From: Octopus vulgaris
Taxonomy: Eukaryota
Assembly (NCBI GenBank): GCA_951406725.2
Contig: OX597826.1
Span: 23,312,001 to 23,376,000 of the forward strand
DNA length: 64,000 nucleotides
Direction: 5' to 3'
Shown here: one piece after another, positions 1 to 15,004 of the stretch
Numbering within the stretch: the first letter of the stretch is position 1
Layout: the number at the start of each line of letters is the position of its first letter
Notes under the pieces: generated by a model
The model's database searches: none
What the model was told of the DNA's origin: nothing
The model's input: the letters and a program-made list of their open reading frames with translations, nothing else
Program-made: the position numbers and the translations under genes

Positions 1-1627
1 TCGTCACAGGATTACGCACTTTTGCCAGCTTAATGGACTGGAGCAACATGAAATAAAGTGTTTTGCTCAAGAACACAATGCATTGCCTCTCCCAATATTA
101 AGTAAACTTTTGATAGATTTCTGCCTCTTCTGGTTTTTACCCTCCCCTTATTTCCCTCTGAGTCATGGAGAAGAATTTATTTACAATAGAGATATGTAAT
201 CTTTTAGTTAAAATCCATTTGACTTGGTTAGGCACCAATGGGAAAAACACAAAGGGCTCTTAAGCTTTGATCTAAAGAAAGAAAATGCTATTTCTGAAGT
301 GTCTTTGCATGTTCTTACAGAACATCATAAGCAACATCAAGTAACTTATTTGTCCTTCATTACTAACTAAATTCACCCTAACCGCATAATGTTTTTCCTT
401 TTCTTTTCAATATTACCTTGGAACCATTGTCTTATTGTTATCAAAATACTATTTCAGCTAGCAGTACTTACCTATGACTGGCTTCTTAACATAGCACTAC
501 TCTGGTTCAATGTTTCTTTCTTTCTTTCTTCCTTTTTGTTGTTATTTATTTATTGATTATTATTATTATTATTGTCATTCCCCTCTCCCCCCTCATTCTA
601 AGCTGCTTCTTTTAGTAAGGTAGTTCTTGAGTGTACTTTTAGCTGTTGTTTTGTGTACATGCATGTGATAAGAAAACTTGTGGTATGCGAGCTGTTCTTC
701 TTTGGTGTCTTACTAATTAGTGAATTTACTGTTTGTTTAAGTAGAAAGGTCACTGACACAGTAAGGAAATTATTTGCTTATGATTTATATGCTGTAGAAA
801 TAATTATCCCTGTTCTGATTCATATACCATTGCTTGTAACCGGGTCATAACTTTTATGTCTTGTGTGTGTGTGTATATATATAATATATATATATATACA
901 TATATATAATGTGTGTGGTTAAGAAGCTTGCATTCAAACCATGTGGTATCTGGTTCAATCTTGCTGCATGGCACTTTGGGCAAGTTTCTTCTATAATGGT
1001 CCCTTGACAACCAAAAAAAGATGTTTTGAGTTAAATTTGGTTTATTTCCTAACATTAACAACCTTGTATTAATTTGATATTAGCAAAATATTATTGGTCA
1101 CACATACGTAGTGTATGTGTTTTGTTTAAACATCCATTTGCTGCTGGATAACATCCAGGGAAGGGTCCCTACACAACGCCGAGTGTTAAAGAACCGAGTA
1201 TCTAAGACCAGGTGAGACAATTTGCCCCTAAATGATCGAGAATGGTAGATATCAAAATTTCGCTTTCATTGTGTCTTATCAAAACCATGTATTCAGATCA
1301 CCTTGGAATAAAGTGAATTGCTGGTCTGGGGCTCTTGTGCAAATAGAGAGAAGTCTGTTTACTGCCCACTCGGTGTCACGTCAGGAGCTTTCCTTGCATG
1401 CTATCCTGCAGCATATTGCATGGCACTTCGGGCAAGTGTCTTCTACTATAGCCTTGGGCCAACCAAAGCCTTGTGAATTAATTTGATAGAGGAAACTGAA
1501 AGAAGCCCATTGTGTGTGTGTATATATATATATATATAGTCAATTCAAATAAAGAATTCTGATGAAAATAACGGACGTGAGGCTGTGCACAAGAAATGTT
1601 CTAGCTTGACACTCAGTGAAAGGCAGG

Positions 1628-1663
1628 AGTTCGATGTTTCAGGTATAGCTCTTCATCAGAAAG
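1628..1663 (-). ncRNA. Degenerate minimal hammerhead-like motif
   Basis: Minus strand ttt-CTGATGA-agagctatacct-GAAA-ca-TC-gaa. Core boxes are present but stems II and III are damaged. Lies in a ~190-bp insert next to (TA)n inside a SINE. Confidence 0.35.
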
Positions 1664-2509
1664 GAGAAAGGGAAAGGTTCAAAGATGGAGAAGAAATTGC
1701 CAATGGCACACGTGTAGTTACATTGCTGAAGTATGTGTGTGTGTGTGATCCCATCATCACTTGACAACTGTTGTTGGTGTGTTTACATCCCCATAACTTA
1801 GTGGTTCAACAAATGAGACTGATAGAATAAGTACTAGACTTATAAATAAGTCTTGGGGTTGATTTGTTAGACTAAAACCCTTCAAGGCGGTGCTCCAGCA
1901 TGGCCACAGTGGAATGACTGACACAAAAGATTACTAGAAGTGCTTTTATTTTATTTGTTTCAGTCATTTGACTGCAGCCATGCTGGAGAACCATCTTTAG
2001 TCAAGTAAATTCACCCCAAGACTTATTCTTTATAAGCCTAGTACTTATTCTATCGGTCTCTTTTGCCAAACCGCTAAGTTACGGGAACGTAAACACCAGC
2101 AATGGTGGTGGGGGACAAACACACACATATTATATGACAGGCTTCTTCCTGTTTCCATCTACCAAATCCACTCACAAGGCTTTGGTTGGCCCAAGGCTAT
2201 AGAAGAGACTTTCCCAAGGTGCCACGCAATGGGACTGAACCCGGGACCATGTAGTTGGTAAGCCACTTACTTACCACACAGCCACTCTTGTGCTAATGTT
2301 CATAATTTAGTTTTAATATTAGCATTTTTAAAACCAACATAAAGAAAATCAATTTGCAGTTAATTTTTTTTTTACAGCTTTAGATATATTTTTATAGATA
2401 GAATGGATGTAATAAGTAAAAAACAAAAAAAATATTTGACGAAAGTTATATATTCTGGTATGAAGATGTATAATAGTAAGTTTATTTTCAATGTTATGAG
2501 TCATGTGAT

Positions 2510-2728
2510 TAAAATGTCGCAGAAAAGAATTGCAAGACAGATTCTTCAATATATGTAATCTGGCAGGAGACCTTGGGGTCGACCAAGAATGAGACAGTTG
2601 GATAATATCCGTTGTGTCAGTCGGTCATACTGGGGGATCCAGCTGGAAAGTGTAATGATGGTTGCTTCTGACAGGTCTCTACTCCAACAACCCTCTCAGG
2701 AATAGTATGAGAAGAAAATGAATGAATG
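2510..2728 (+). mobile_element. RTE-clade LINE 3' fragment
   Basis: From 2562 encodes GRRPWGRPRMRQLDNIR...WGIQLESVMMVASDR (RTE-type GRRPRGRPR.RW.D.I C-terminus); ends in (GAAT)n. Confidence 0.65.
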
Positions 2729-3596
2729 GAGGAGTCTTTGAAGGACTACATGTTGCTAGTACATTCCATGCCAAAAATGGAACTAGTCCTCCAAATAACT
2801 GACACAGATCTTGACTACTCATTTATTCAACCCATACCAGCATGGAAAATGAACAAAAATAATTTGCTTGGGGTTAAAAGTGCAGAGCTTACAGTCTCAA
2901 TCGGGCACTAGTCAATTTTTTCTCTAGTTTACCCAAAAGCAGTTCTAGCAGGGTTTAAACTGAAGGACATGATCAGACATTCTGATAGATTTGTCTAAGC
3001 CAGTTTAACCCTTTTCCATACCAGCCTGTCCCACAAACCACCCTTGGTTCTGTGATACAAACTTCTGTTCTAAAGGTATCTATATTTAAACATTGCATCA
3101 GAATATCATACTTATGTTCCAAACACCAGCTTGACACATCTGCCATATGCACCACTGGTGGTACATTTTCATAATTTGAGGAAATATTTTATTTTCTATC
3201 TTTGACATGGTTTCAAGGATATTTAAATGACATGAGTAGTAAATATTAAGCTTTAGCCCTTTTGTTATTATATTTCTGTTGAGATGCTCTGTGTTTCTTT
3301 CATTTAACTTTAAATATAACAAAGAATTTAGTAAAATAACTTAGTTATCATGAAACTAGTGATAGGAACATAATGACTAAGGTTTGGAAGATTTTAATTC
3401 AGAACTTTTGAAAACAAGACAGTCGTACTACAGAGCCAGAGGCAGTTTCAGGCAGGTTGGTATCAAAAGGGTTGATATGAAATATTGTAAAAATGCAAAA
3501 AAGAAAATTACATTTCCTTGTAATTAAATAGTATGCAGTGTGACTGAAAATATGTGGCATCAAGTTCCAATAACAGGCCATGATGCTTAATGTGTT

Positions 3597-3963
3597 AATA
3601 ATGACAAGTATAGTTTATTAAATTCTTCATTATTTTCAAAATTAATTGAAACAAAAGCAGTTTATTTTCATGGAAATATGGTAACAACAGGGTTAATATT
3701 GACAGTTTTGTTTCTACTGAAAGTTTAATTATTTTCCAAATGAATTGAAACAGTATATTTCAACAAAAATATGATATCAAAAGGGTTAATAATGACATTT
3801 ATTTTACTAAAATTTTTCATTATTTTCAAAATGAATTCAAACTAAGGGAGTGTGTGTTTCAATATAAACATAGTAACAACAAAAAGGTTGATAATGACAT
3901 TTTCTAAATTCTTCATTATTTTCAGAATTAATTTCAACAGGAATATGGTAATAAAAGGGTTAA
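3597..3963 (+). repeat. Degenerate tandem array of four ~90-bp units derived from a MITE end
   Basis: Unit taatgaca...ttcattattttcaaaattaattgaaac...aaatatggtaacaaaagggttaa repeated four times. Confidence 0.7.
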
Positions 3964-6900
3964 CTTCCAATGCCTAAGCTGTGTTTCAGTAGTATTTAGT
4001 CTTCTATAAAGTAAACCTCAGTAAAATTTGAACCACACAACTAGATAAGCTCTGAACATGTTATTGACAAGTATCAGATTTTAAGACTGAATCAAGTTTG
4101 GATTTTATGTATTGCATTATTATATACCTTTTATTTATTTCAATCATTGGACTGTAGGTATACTCAGTGGCACTTTGAAGGGCTTAGTAAAACAAATTGA
4201 CCCCGGTATTTATTTTCTTTTTAAAGTTTGGCTTTTATGCTATCAGCTTCTTTTGCTGAACCACTAAGTTACAGGAACATAAACAAACAACACCAGTTGT
4301 CATACAGTGAGTGGGGTTAGAGAACAAACACATGCACACATGGATTTGTGTGTCTGTACACACACACATAACAGGTTTCCACACAGTTTCTTTCTACCAA
4401 AATCACTCACAAGGCAATGATTCACTTATGGCTATAGTAGATATTTGGCCAAGGTGCTACACTGTAGAGCTGAACCCGAAACCATGTGGTTGTGAGCTCC
4501 TTAACCACATAGTCATGCCTTAAGTTAATCAAAGCTATACATTTGTATGTGTGAGGGTAAGAGAATATGTAGTCCATTAAACTGAACTCTAGTACGTCTG
4601 GTCTTTGATTTATTGTGGGTTAGGGATAAAGAAGTGCTAAAATTCTGGTTTACCCTTGTGCATTAAAAGCAGAATCATAGTGCAAAAGTTATCTTTTTGT
4701 GTAAATTTTATTTTAAAATGTGTAGGCATTTTATGCTCACAAAGTTGAATTGTTTGTTTAGAATCTTACATACATTGATTAGCACTTAGTATTTGTGTGT
4801 CACATCATCTTATAATAATTCTGCTTGTCATTCCATTACTTATCCCGTTGGTAACACTTTCACATGATTAAAGAAAGAGAGGGAGAAAGAAGCGTCCATG
4901 ACGTGATGTAGAGGAAATGTAATTGTAGCGCTTTCATGTGCTTAGTTGAAGGGAAAGAAAGGAGACAGATAAAGAGGAGAGAAAAAGAGGATAAAGCAAA
5001 GAGGGAGAGAGAAAAAAGCAGAGAAGTATCCATGACATGAGGTAGGGGGAATGTAATATTTATTACATGGTTGAAGGTAAAGACAGAGGAGAAGAGCTTA
5101 ATATATAATTTTAGCAGAAGGGTGATGTTCTGATGGTGAGGTTAAAGAAAGGTAGAGAGAGAGATGATGACGACAGTTGTGGAGGTGGCAGGGGTGATTG
5201 GATAGTGAAAAATGTCATTTTGTTATTGAAGTAAGTTTTTTATATCACCTGTCACTTAATGCATGTGCATAAGTGCAATTCCATGAAATATTCATGCTCA
5301 TTTACGTGGCAGATATATGCAATTTAACTAAAGGTTGTTTCATATGTATGGGATTTTTATGAGTTCTGTGTATTAAGTCTATAAAATTGAGCATAAAGTA
5401 TATAAAGTGCATTAAGTAATCATTGAATTCCAATTTCTTTCACTTTTCAATGAGTAGCGGATGAGTGATTATCTTTCCATACAGACTCAACACAGGCAAC
5501 ACTTTCAGGTTTTTTGCATAAAGTTTTCAGGAATAACCCAATAGGTTTACCATTAATTCCATGAAATATTCCCAGGTCCTGCTAGTCATCATCATTGTTT
5601 TAACATCCACTTTTCCATGCTTGCACAGCTGAGATGGAATTTGCTTTGGCAGACTCTCTATAGCCCAGTGCCATTCCGGTGGTCAACCCTCACCTGTTTC
5701 CAAGCAAGGCTATATTTCCTTATGACCTGGCATGTTTTTACAGACTTTTGGAAATGGACACCACTTGTATGACAGTGACACTCATTTACAACTATTGCAT
5801 AACGTCAAGTAAAGTAGGCACTAGAGCAAGCACGCACACACATGGTAGGCTTTTTTCAGTTTCCATCTACCAAATCTGCCCACAAGGTTTTATGTTAGGT
5901 GCTATAATAGAAGATATTTGCTCATGGTGCCACTTTGAGGGAGTGAACCTGAAACCATGTCATTGGGAGGCAAACTTCTTCACTGCACAGCCATGCCTAT
6001 GTGTGAGGGTATATATACACACATGATTGTGCCATGTACACACTCTTGAGTCTAACAGAAAATCAAAATTCAATTGCATTGTTTTTTGTTTTCTTCCCCT
6101 TTTCTCCCTCCCCATTGCTATAAATAGTATTAACCTTTTCAAAATCTACTTTTGCATTGCACAGTTTACATCACAAACTTATTCTGCCTAAAAAGCATGA
6201 TGGGAATTTGGCACAATAATAATGGGAGAAACAACTGGCCTAGATACTTTGTTAACCTAGCTTGGTATCTCATGTTTCTGTCTTGGTTCTTGCTGGAATC
6301 AAAGCTGCAGGGTGAAGTTAATGGAATTGGTAATTATAGCTAGTGTGACTTGAGGGTGATAACAAGGACGTTGCAACTTGCGGCAAGACAGATTGATAAT
6401 ATTCTTTCAGTGAACAATTCCAAGAAGGAAAACGTTGTGCAGTTAGTTATTGTTTAGCCACAGGTGAACCCCAATTGAGCAGACCTATGATCAAGGGCAT
6501 TTCAGATGTGGCCACCCTGTCTTTCTTTTTCATACATGTTGGAGACACTGAACCACATAATCCAACATTTTTTTTTTTTTTAAGATGGTGTGATGTGATT
6601 TGAGGGAGATCTGACTGCAACTTCTAACAGGTTGAGTTACCATGTAGATACTCCCTTACTGAATTATCATATATCATAGTTTTTCTTAATTATAGGTTTG
6701 CTCTATGACCAAAGGTGTCCCAGTGGTACTTTCTTATTTTTGACTTCCAATTTGATTTTTACTAAAGAAACTAGAAGGCAAAAATGTAAAAATAATTGTT
6801 TTGGACAAAAATTCTTTCACAAGAAGAAACAATCACGCAGTTTCTTGCCTTGTTCTTTCTCCATAAGATTGTGATAGCTATTCCAAAAAACCTACTGATA

Positions 6901-9900
6901 AATTATATAATGGAATGTAATAGTTTATCTGCTAATCTTTTAGTAAATAAAAAATTGTCAATAACAGGAAAGTACTGTTCTAGCTATGACCATTCCATTT
7001 TTTTTTTTTTTTTGGTAGGCAAAAATGTATCTAAGACTACAAAATTGAATGTGAGTTTTTTTAAAAGGAGTTTTTGCTGCTATTTCTAGCAGATTGAGTG
7101 ACCACACAACAGTTTACTTCTTAGCTCAAGCTGGTGCATTGAATTGGATGGCAGCAGTATACAGTCAGCAACATCGAGGAATAATTGGTTTAGTCCCAAG
7201 TCATCCTTGACTGAACAGGCCTATAGTCAAAAGCATCCTGTCTGTGCCAGGATATCTTGGACTACATTATCTAATGTGTTCATTCCTCTTTTAAAACAAT
7301 GGGTATGGAAGGAGATTGAGTGTGTTTATTTATATCGGGTTCTCAACCATTTTTTATCTATGGACCCCTTTGATTACTTTTTCATTCTGGTGGACCCCCA
7401 TAGCCATTCAATGTTTAAAAACTAGTTTTATAGAAACCTCTTTCAGAATTCCTATTTTGTTATTCACACATTAACTTTTGTAGGGTGAACTGTGTAAAAT
7501 GTTAGAGAAAGAAAAGGGACTTTAAAATACTATTGTGAATCCTCAACTTACTATTTTGCTGTGTGGAGCCCCAAAATTTTTTATATGGACTATAGTGTAA
7601 GCCAGTGGTTCTCAACCATAATGAATGCAGGTATGGTTGTGTGATCAGGAAGTTTGCTTGAAAACCATGTGTGTTGGGGTTCAGTCCTACTGCATGGCAC
7701 CCTGGGCAAGTGTCTATTACTATAGCTTCAAACTGACCAAAGCCTTATAAGTGGATTTAGTAAACAGGAATTTAAAGAAGCATCTCTTATATGTGTGTAT
7801 GTGTGTGAGAAAGAGAGAGAGTGAGTTTGTATTTCCCTCATCTTTGTGTATTTGCTGATTGCAAACTATGGCCTCATTGATGGTGTTGTTTGTTTCCCAT
7901 TCTCTGTGTAAATATGTCTAGATTGTCTGTTTGTTGTTCAATACACTGAGAGATTATTATTACCTTTCTTGTCAACTTTTGTTTAACCCGGCAAACATGG
8001 CAAAATAGATATTAAAACAAGGATGATGATGATTTTTTGTAATTGTATAGAATTGGTGAGTCAACATTTGTATGTCAATCAGATTGGTCTTTTTCTAAAG
8101 TACAGGGAAACCCATCTCTGCTACTTACAGCTGTTTTTGTAGCTCAATATCAAGAAAAAAAAATCAACAGCTTTGTTTTGTAAAGGCCCTACTTTATTTG
8201 TTCTATGTTTGATTATGGCCCTTAATCATTATTATATCACAGCCTACATATCAAAATTTTCTTGAGTACTCCCTCATTTCCATCATGTGTAATGCTGAGA
8301 GCGATCAGGTTCAGGTGAGTAGGAAAGATTGGGGAAGTAGGAGGATATCTGATAGTACAGAGCTGCAGAATACAAATGGTGATAGAGGAGATGGTGAGGG
8401 GTGGGGAAATCAGACATAGCTGTATGGTTAAGAAGTCCACTTAATAGCCATATGAGCCCATGTTCAATCTTGCTGCATAGTACCTTAAGCAAGTATCTCC
8501 TACCATATCCTCAGATTGAACCATTGTTTTAATGAAACTTGGTAGATGAAACTTTGTGCTTTTTGTTATATAATGTGTGAACTGGCAATATTGCAAAAAT
8601 AATTTAGGTGTTGAGTAAAAATATCTTTTGGTTTTAAGTTTCATATTAGTTACTTCACCCCTTTTTTTTTCTTATTGAAATCAATCGTAGACTCACATCC
8701 TTGACAACTGTACCCCAGCATGGCTACACTCCAGTATTTGATTAGTTCTTATTTTATTGACCCTCCAGGGAGAGGATAAGCAAAACTGAATGTGATGGGA
8801 TTTGATCTTGCAAAGTAAGGGGATATGACCAGACACAAGGTATTGCATTGTCTTCAATTATAATAATCCTCCTTTACTATAGGCACAAGGTTGTTTTTTT
8901 TGTTACTTAGGATAGGGAGCTAGTCAATTACATTGACTCCAAAAGAATGAAAAGTATTTGAACTCAAAATATAAAGCAAGGGGAAGGCTACTAAGCATTT
9001 TGTCCAGCAAGCTAATGATTCTACCAAACTCACTCTCTTCAATAATAACAATAATCAGTATATAATTACTAATAAATTAGATCATATTTCATCAACCCTG
9101 GAAGGATAAAAAAACAATACTTGACCTTCGTGTGATTTGAACTCAAAACTTTGACTCATTGAACTTAATGTATACTAAGCTTGCAACCTGACATTATGTT
9201 GTCTCTCTCACCTGTCTTTTCAATCCTTTGATATTGAATATTAAATTTTTGTTCTGTAGACACAAGTAAGTTATTAATAAATATTTAATGATTGCTGTAC
9301 TATTGTAATCAAAATGCACCTGGCAATTTTGTTAGATTAGTATGGTTATCATCATGATCATCATCATTTAATGCCATCTGAATTTAAATCCTACCTCAGT
9401 CAGTTTTACCTATCATCTGTTCAGGGTTCAATAAAATGAGTCGGTGAAGGGGTGGGGCAGTGTTGTCGAGAGGTAGACCCCGAAACGGCGGGCATGACTC
9501 CACTTGCTGGCTTTTGGTATGAAGAGTTTTCGACTGGTAAAACTTGCATGGGTGAATTGTTTGCAAAACATATATTTTCTCCTCAGAAACATATGGGCTT
9601 GAGAGAAACTCTTGATGTTCTAACAATGGAAGGTTGGTGGAATCGTTAAAGCATTGAAGTTGGTAGGGAATGATATTTATTCTGGTTCTAAGGTGGCAAC
9701 TTGGCAGAACTGTTAGCATTGCCAGGCAAAATGCTTAGCATCATTCCATTCATCTTTACATCTTGAATTCAAATTCCACTCAAGTCGACTTTGACTTTTA
9801 TCCTTTGAAGGTCAATAAAATAAGTACCAACTGAACACTGGGGGGGGGGGCAATGTAATCAAATTACCCCCTCGCCCAAACTTGCTGGTATTGTTTCAAA

Positions 9901-12900
9901 ATCTGAAACCAATATTTGTTTTGGCTCTTTATGTTCTGAGTTCAAATTCTGCCGAGACCAACTTTGCTCTTCATACTTTCAGAGTTGTTAAAATAAATTA
10001 TCAGCCAAGTACTAAGGTCATTGTATCGACTTATCCCCATTATTTAAAACTTTCAGGCTTTGTACTTATGTTAGAAAAATTTAAGTGCAGTAGATTGACA
10101 GAATTATTTGAATGTTGGACAAAAAGCCTAGAGGTCTTTGATCAGACTCTTTGTTCTGAGTTCAAGCCTCACCATGGCCAACCTTTGTCTTTCATCCTTC
10201 CAAGGTCAATAAGTTAAAATACAAGTCAAGTACTGGGGTTGTTCTAATTGATTAACCCCCATTTTGGATCTTGTGCCTATAGTAGAAAGGATTATTATTA
10301 AAAGATTATTGTGTTGTGCAACTCCGTGAAAGAGACTGGACTACATGATGCCTGTTGTTTTTTTTTTATTTAATACAAATTTCTAACCATAATTTGTCCA
10401 TCTTTCAAGGTCTGTCAGATAACTACAGGCATGGCTGTGTGGTTTTGCCTTACATGGTACTGGGCTCAACCCCACTGTATGGCACCTTGGGCAATTGTCT
10501 TCTGTCTTACCCTTGGGATGACTACGTCAGTGGAATATGGCAGGTAGAAACTGTTTCGAACTCCTTGTATGTGTGTGCAGTTGCTCATCAGCATCACCAC
10601 CACCACCATCCGAAAGTCTGTTTATCCATGCTTGCATGGCATTGGTCAGATGGAGTTTATCAAGGCTGATTTTCTGCTGCCCAGTGTCTTTCCTTGTTGC
10701 CAACCATCACCAGTTTTCAAGCAATGTTATATTTCCCCAATGGCCCAAACATGTTCTGTCAGAATATTTGAAACGAATGACATTCATTTGCAACAATCAT
10801 GCAATGGCAAAACAGATAAACATGTGTGCACTCATACACACACACACACACAGCTTCTTGCAGTTTCTACCTACCAAATCCACTTACAATGTTTTTGTCT
10901 GACTTGGGCGATAGTAGAAGACACTTGCACAAGGTGCTATGCAGTGGAACTGAACCCTTAACCACACACCCATACCTGCACCTATGTTATATAAAAACTG
11001 ATGCCATGAGTTGTTGTGCTTCAGCTTCCACATGTAATGTGTCCTCAGGAAACTAATCTGCAGTATAGCAGTTTAGAGTGTGGATGTGTAACACTAAATT
11101 CATATAGATGCCATAGACGCGTAACTTCTTATTGGGCAACAAGCTCTTGTATTTGTAATGTTAGATGTGACATGATTCAACAACAAAAGGGGGGGGGAAT
11201 GGGGTGAGGTGGGGCAGTAAAGCAGGGGAAATAATTCCCTACTACTTTCGAAGGGAGATAATTGAAAGTATACTAAATATGATTTGTTGTATTTTTTGTT
11301 GGCAAAATTAATATGTAGAAGTATTTAAGAGAGATTATTGTAATGAGTAATTAAATAAAAGATAAAATATTGTTAAAAAAATTAATATACAGTTAATTAA
11401 ATAGATAAGTAGTTAAACGACTGAATATGTAGATACGTAATTAAATAATTGATTATATGGAATAATGTTAGGGCATAACAATGGAGGTACTCAAAGAGGA
11501 AAAGCCTGCAAGATGAGGTTGTGAAGTTGCATGATATCTACAATTACAAGGTTAAGAATTTCCATGTTATGTCCTCCAGATATGATTTGTACATGAGTGA
11601 TCTTTGGTTCATTTATATACATGTACTGGTGGCATGTAAAAAGCACTATTCAAGCATGAGTGTTGCCAGTGCTGCCTGACTGGCTCCCATGCTGGTGGCA
11701 TGAAACAAGCACCATTCAAGCGTGGTCAATGCCAGTACCACGTGACTGGCCCTCGTGCCGGTGGCACATGAAAAGCACCCACGACACTTTTGGAGTGGTT
11801 GGTGTTAGGAAGGGCATCCAGCTGTAGAAACTTTGCCAGATCAGATTGGAGCCTGGTGCAGCCTTCTGGCTTGCCAGCCCTCAGTCATACCGTCCAACCC
11901 ATGCCAGCATGGAAAGCAGACCTTAAATGACGACGACGATGATGATATGGGATTGAAAATGAAACCAACATAATTTGGGGAAAATGCAGAAATAGACATG
12001 GATTATCTGAATAAATGAAACAAATGTGTAAGTACTTAAAAGTCTCTTATTTTATGTCATTACTCATTTCTCTTTTAATTACTGAACAGCCTAATTTTTT
12101 TGAAGTTACTAGCCAAACATCATAAAAAAAAAAGAATATATGTGTGTGTGTATGTATGTGTGTAAGAAGAGAACTGACATCCTAAAACCAAGGTGCCATG
12201 CAGAAAGTGCTGTGTCACACACAAAGCATGGGTGCTGGTGCCACGTAAACGGTGCCTAGTACACTCTGTAAACTGGATGGTGTTAAGAAGGGCATCCAGC
12301 TGTAGAAACAAAGCCAAACACAATCTATAGAACCTGGTTCAGCTCCTGTCAAGCTGTCCAGTGCATGCTGGCATGGAAATGGGCATTAGATGACGATGAT
12401 GATATCAAAATTAGTTTTCAGTTTGCAGATACTTTCAAATATATTTTTTTAATAAGAAAGTGACTTTTAAGCATTTGCTATTCATTTCGCTTGCTCAGGG
12501 TAACTAAGTCTGTGTTTATACTTTACCCCAACTGTTTTTATTTTATTATCAATCCCTCTGAAATATGTACCCAAATCCAAAGATTATCCATAATTGTGAG
12601 CCCAGACACCAAAGGGGAGGTTTTTGGCAGCTCCTGAACTGCTTAAGAATAGACAGGCAGAGGCTTTCTGCACCATGTATATAGAGTGCTACAATTAAAT
12701 CTTTCATTATGGGCTTAACAGTTTGGATATGTAAGTATCTACACATTTGGAGACGAAAGTCTTTGAGTGTTCAAACGTAGCCTGGCTGTAAAATGTGACA
12801 AGTATGCATGTAGTCTTTTGTTCTGTACTTGTTAGTCAGTCATTGGACTGTGGTCATGCTGGGGCAACACTTTGAGAGGTTTAGTTAAACAAATGAATCC

Positions 12901-13802
12901 TTGTACTAAATTTTAAATCTGGTACTTTTATTCTCTCTGCCTTTTATGCCGAACCACTAACTTATGGAGACATAAACAACCTAACACCAGTTGTTAAGCA
13001 GTGGTGGAGACACACACAATGGGCTTCTACACAGTTTCTCACTGCTAGATTCACTCCTGGGAATATATGTAGCCCATGGATTCAAATATATGTTTCAAAG
13101 ATTTGAAAGTAAAAATATTCTATTCTTCTCTAGGCACAAGGCCCAAAATTTGGTGGGAGGGGGCCAGTCGATTAGATCAACCTCAGTATGCAACTGCTAT
13201 TTAATTTATCGACCCCGAAAGGATGAAAGGCTAAGTTGACTGTAGCAGGATTTGAACTCAGAAGTAAAGATATTAAGAATCAGATAACTTCACTGTTGCA
13301 GCCCTACTGTTGCAGCCCTACATAGTCATCAGTTGAGTATGGACATACAAGCTGTGTCATTTTTTAAAAAATTTTTGTACTCCTCTTTCTGTTAAAACTT
13401 TAACAGCCTGTACCTTCAAGCATGCACACACAGCTATTATTTAATTTTACTCACACAAAAATAGTAGAGATCAAAGTTGAACAATGACAAATTTACTGGG
13501 AGAGGTTTGGCCTCTGATATATAGGGTCTTGATTGGGTCCTGTGCTATGGGCTTGGAAACAAAATTGTTTTAGTGATGAGCCTCTGTTTTGCCTCTGAAT
13601 TTCAGTCTAAGTTTTCAGCTTGCTGGCTCAACTAATGGCTCCCTTCTACATTCGATAATACCTATATTATCAATTTATTTTGTTGGTAAGCTGGCAGAAT
13701 TGTTAACACATCGGACAAAATGTTTAGCAGCATTTCTTTTTTTTTACATTCTGAGTTCAAACACTCTCATGGTTGACTTTGCCTTTTGGAGCTGCTAAAG
13801 TA

Positions 13803-15004
13803 CTGTAAAAACTCATGTAATTTGTGCACCTGTGTAATCTACACAGGTGATTTTCAGGATAAAATTTGTTAAAAAAAAAGCTCCTACTCATGTAAAATTC
13901 GCACCCAAAAGATTTCAGAATTACCGATATAGGCAGAAGGGAAAGGTTTTCAATTTAGTTGTATTTAGCATAATTTCACTTATTTATGATTACATTTTAT
14001 TAAATTTTCAGTATATAAAAATAATTTCTATTAAACAGGTATCACATTGAAAGCTTTTGAATTATGAAGTGTTTGTGTTGTTTATGATAAACTTTATTTT
14101 ACATTTCTTGCCCACAAGAGATGATGTCCAATCTTTAGCATACTTGTGTATGTCTTCTAAAATCACAATCACAGGAAAAATTGTTGATAATTCTTATCAA
14201 CAAAAATAAAGCTAATATATATGCACAAGTGTTGCAAATTAAGCTTAATTACCAATAAACATCAGCTTGGATGACACTTTACTCAACGAACAGAGAAAGG
14301 TGACTGATCAAACTGATTATGTAAACAGAATTCTGATTGGTCAAAAGTGCCTTCTTGTCTCAAGCTCTGATTTTCCACCAAAAGTATCCACCACGGAGTA
14401 TCAAAATTTTAATCCCTTTCACACTTATAAGATGTCAAGCAAACTTTAAAATTTGTCATTACTGTTTTAGCTGGGAGACCAAAATGATAGTTTGGTAAAC
14501 TGCTAAAATAAACATTAAAAATTGAAAGGAGAAAATAAACAGCTTTGCAAGTTTAACTCAGTGTTTATTGAACAAGAGAGTGAAGGTTTCTGTAGGAATG
14601 CTAAGTCATATTCACTTATTGAGTTTACATACGCAAGGATGAACTATGATGTTGCTGTTGGTGTTAGATGCAGTAAGATATGGCCCAGACCGTGATTACC
14701 AGCATGAACGTCAAACTTCAAAAAGTAGTTAACCATTGAATGGTTTAAGTAAATTTATACAGAAAAGTAAGCATTATATGGTCCAGCATAAATAAAAGTT
14801 AACTTCATTATATTTTTTCTGTAAAAACCTATTCTGACATTAAATGAGTCAACTTCCAGTACAAATGTTTACATTTGTACATCAGTTTTCAACAAAAAAA
14901 AATTTCTAAAAAGTTCTGGAAACAATCTCATATAATTTACACACCCTCTAAAGTTTATTTCTGTTTTAGTGAAAAAAGTGCATAAATTACATGGATTTTT
15001 ACAG
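13803..15004. mobile_element. Non-autonomous Tc1/pogo-superfamily DNA transposon (~1.2 kb)
   Basis: TIRs ctgtaaaaactcatgtaatttgtgcac / gtgcataaattacatggatttttacag, with TA on both sides; no transposase ORF. Confidence 0.8.
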
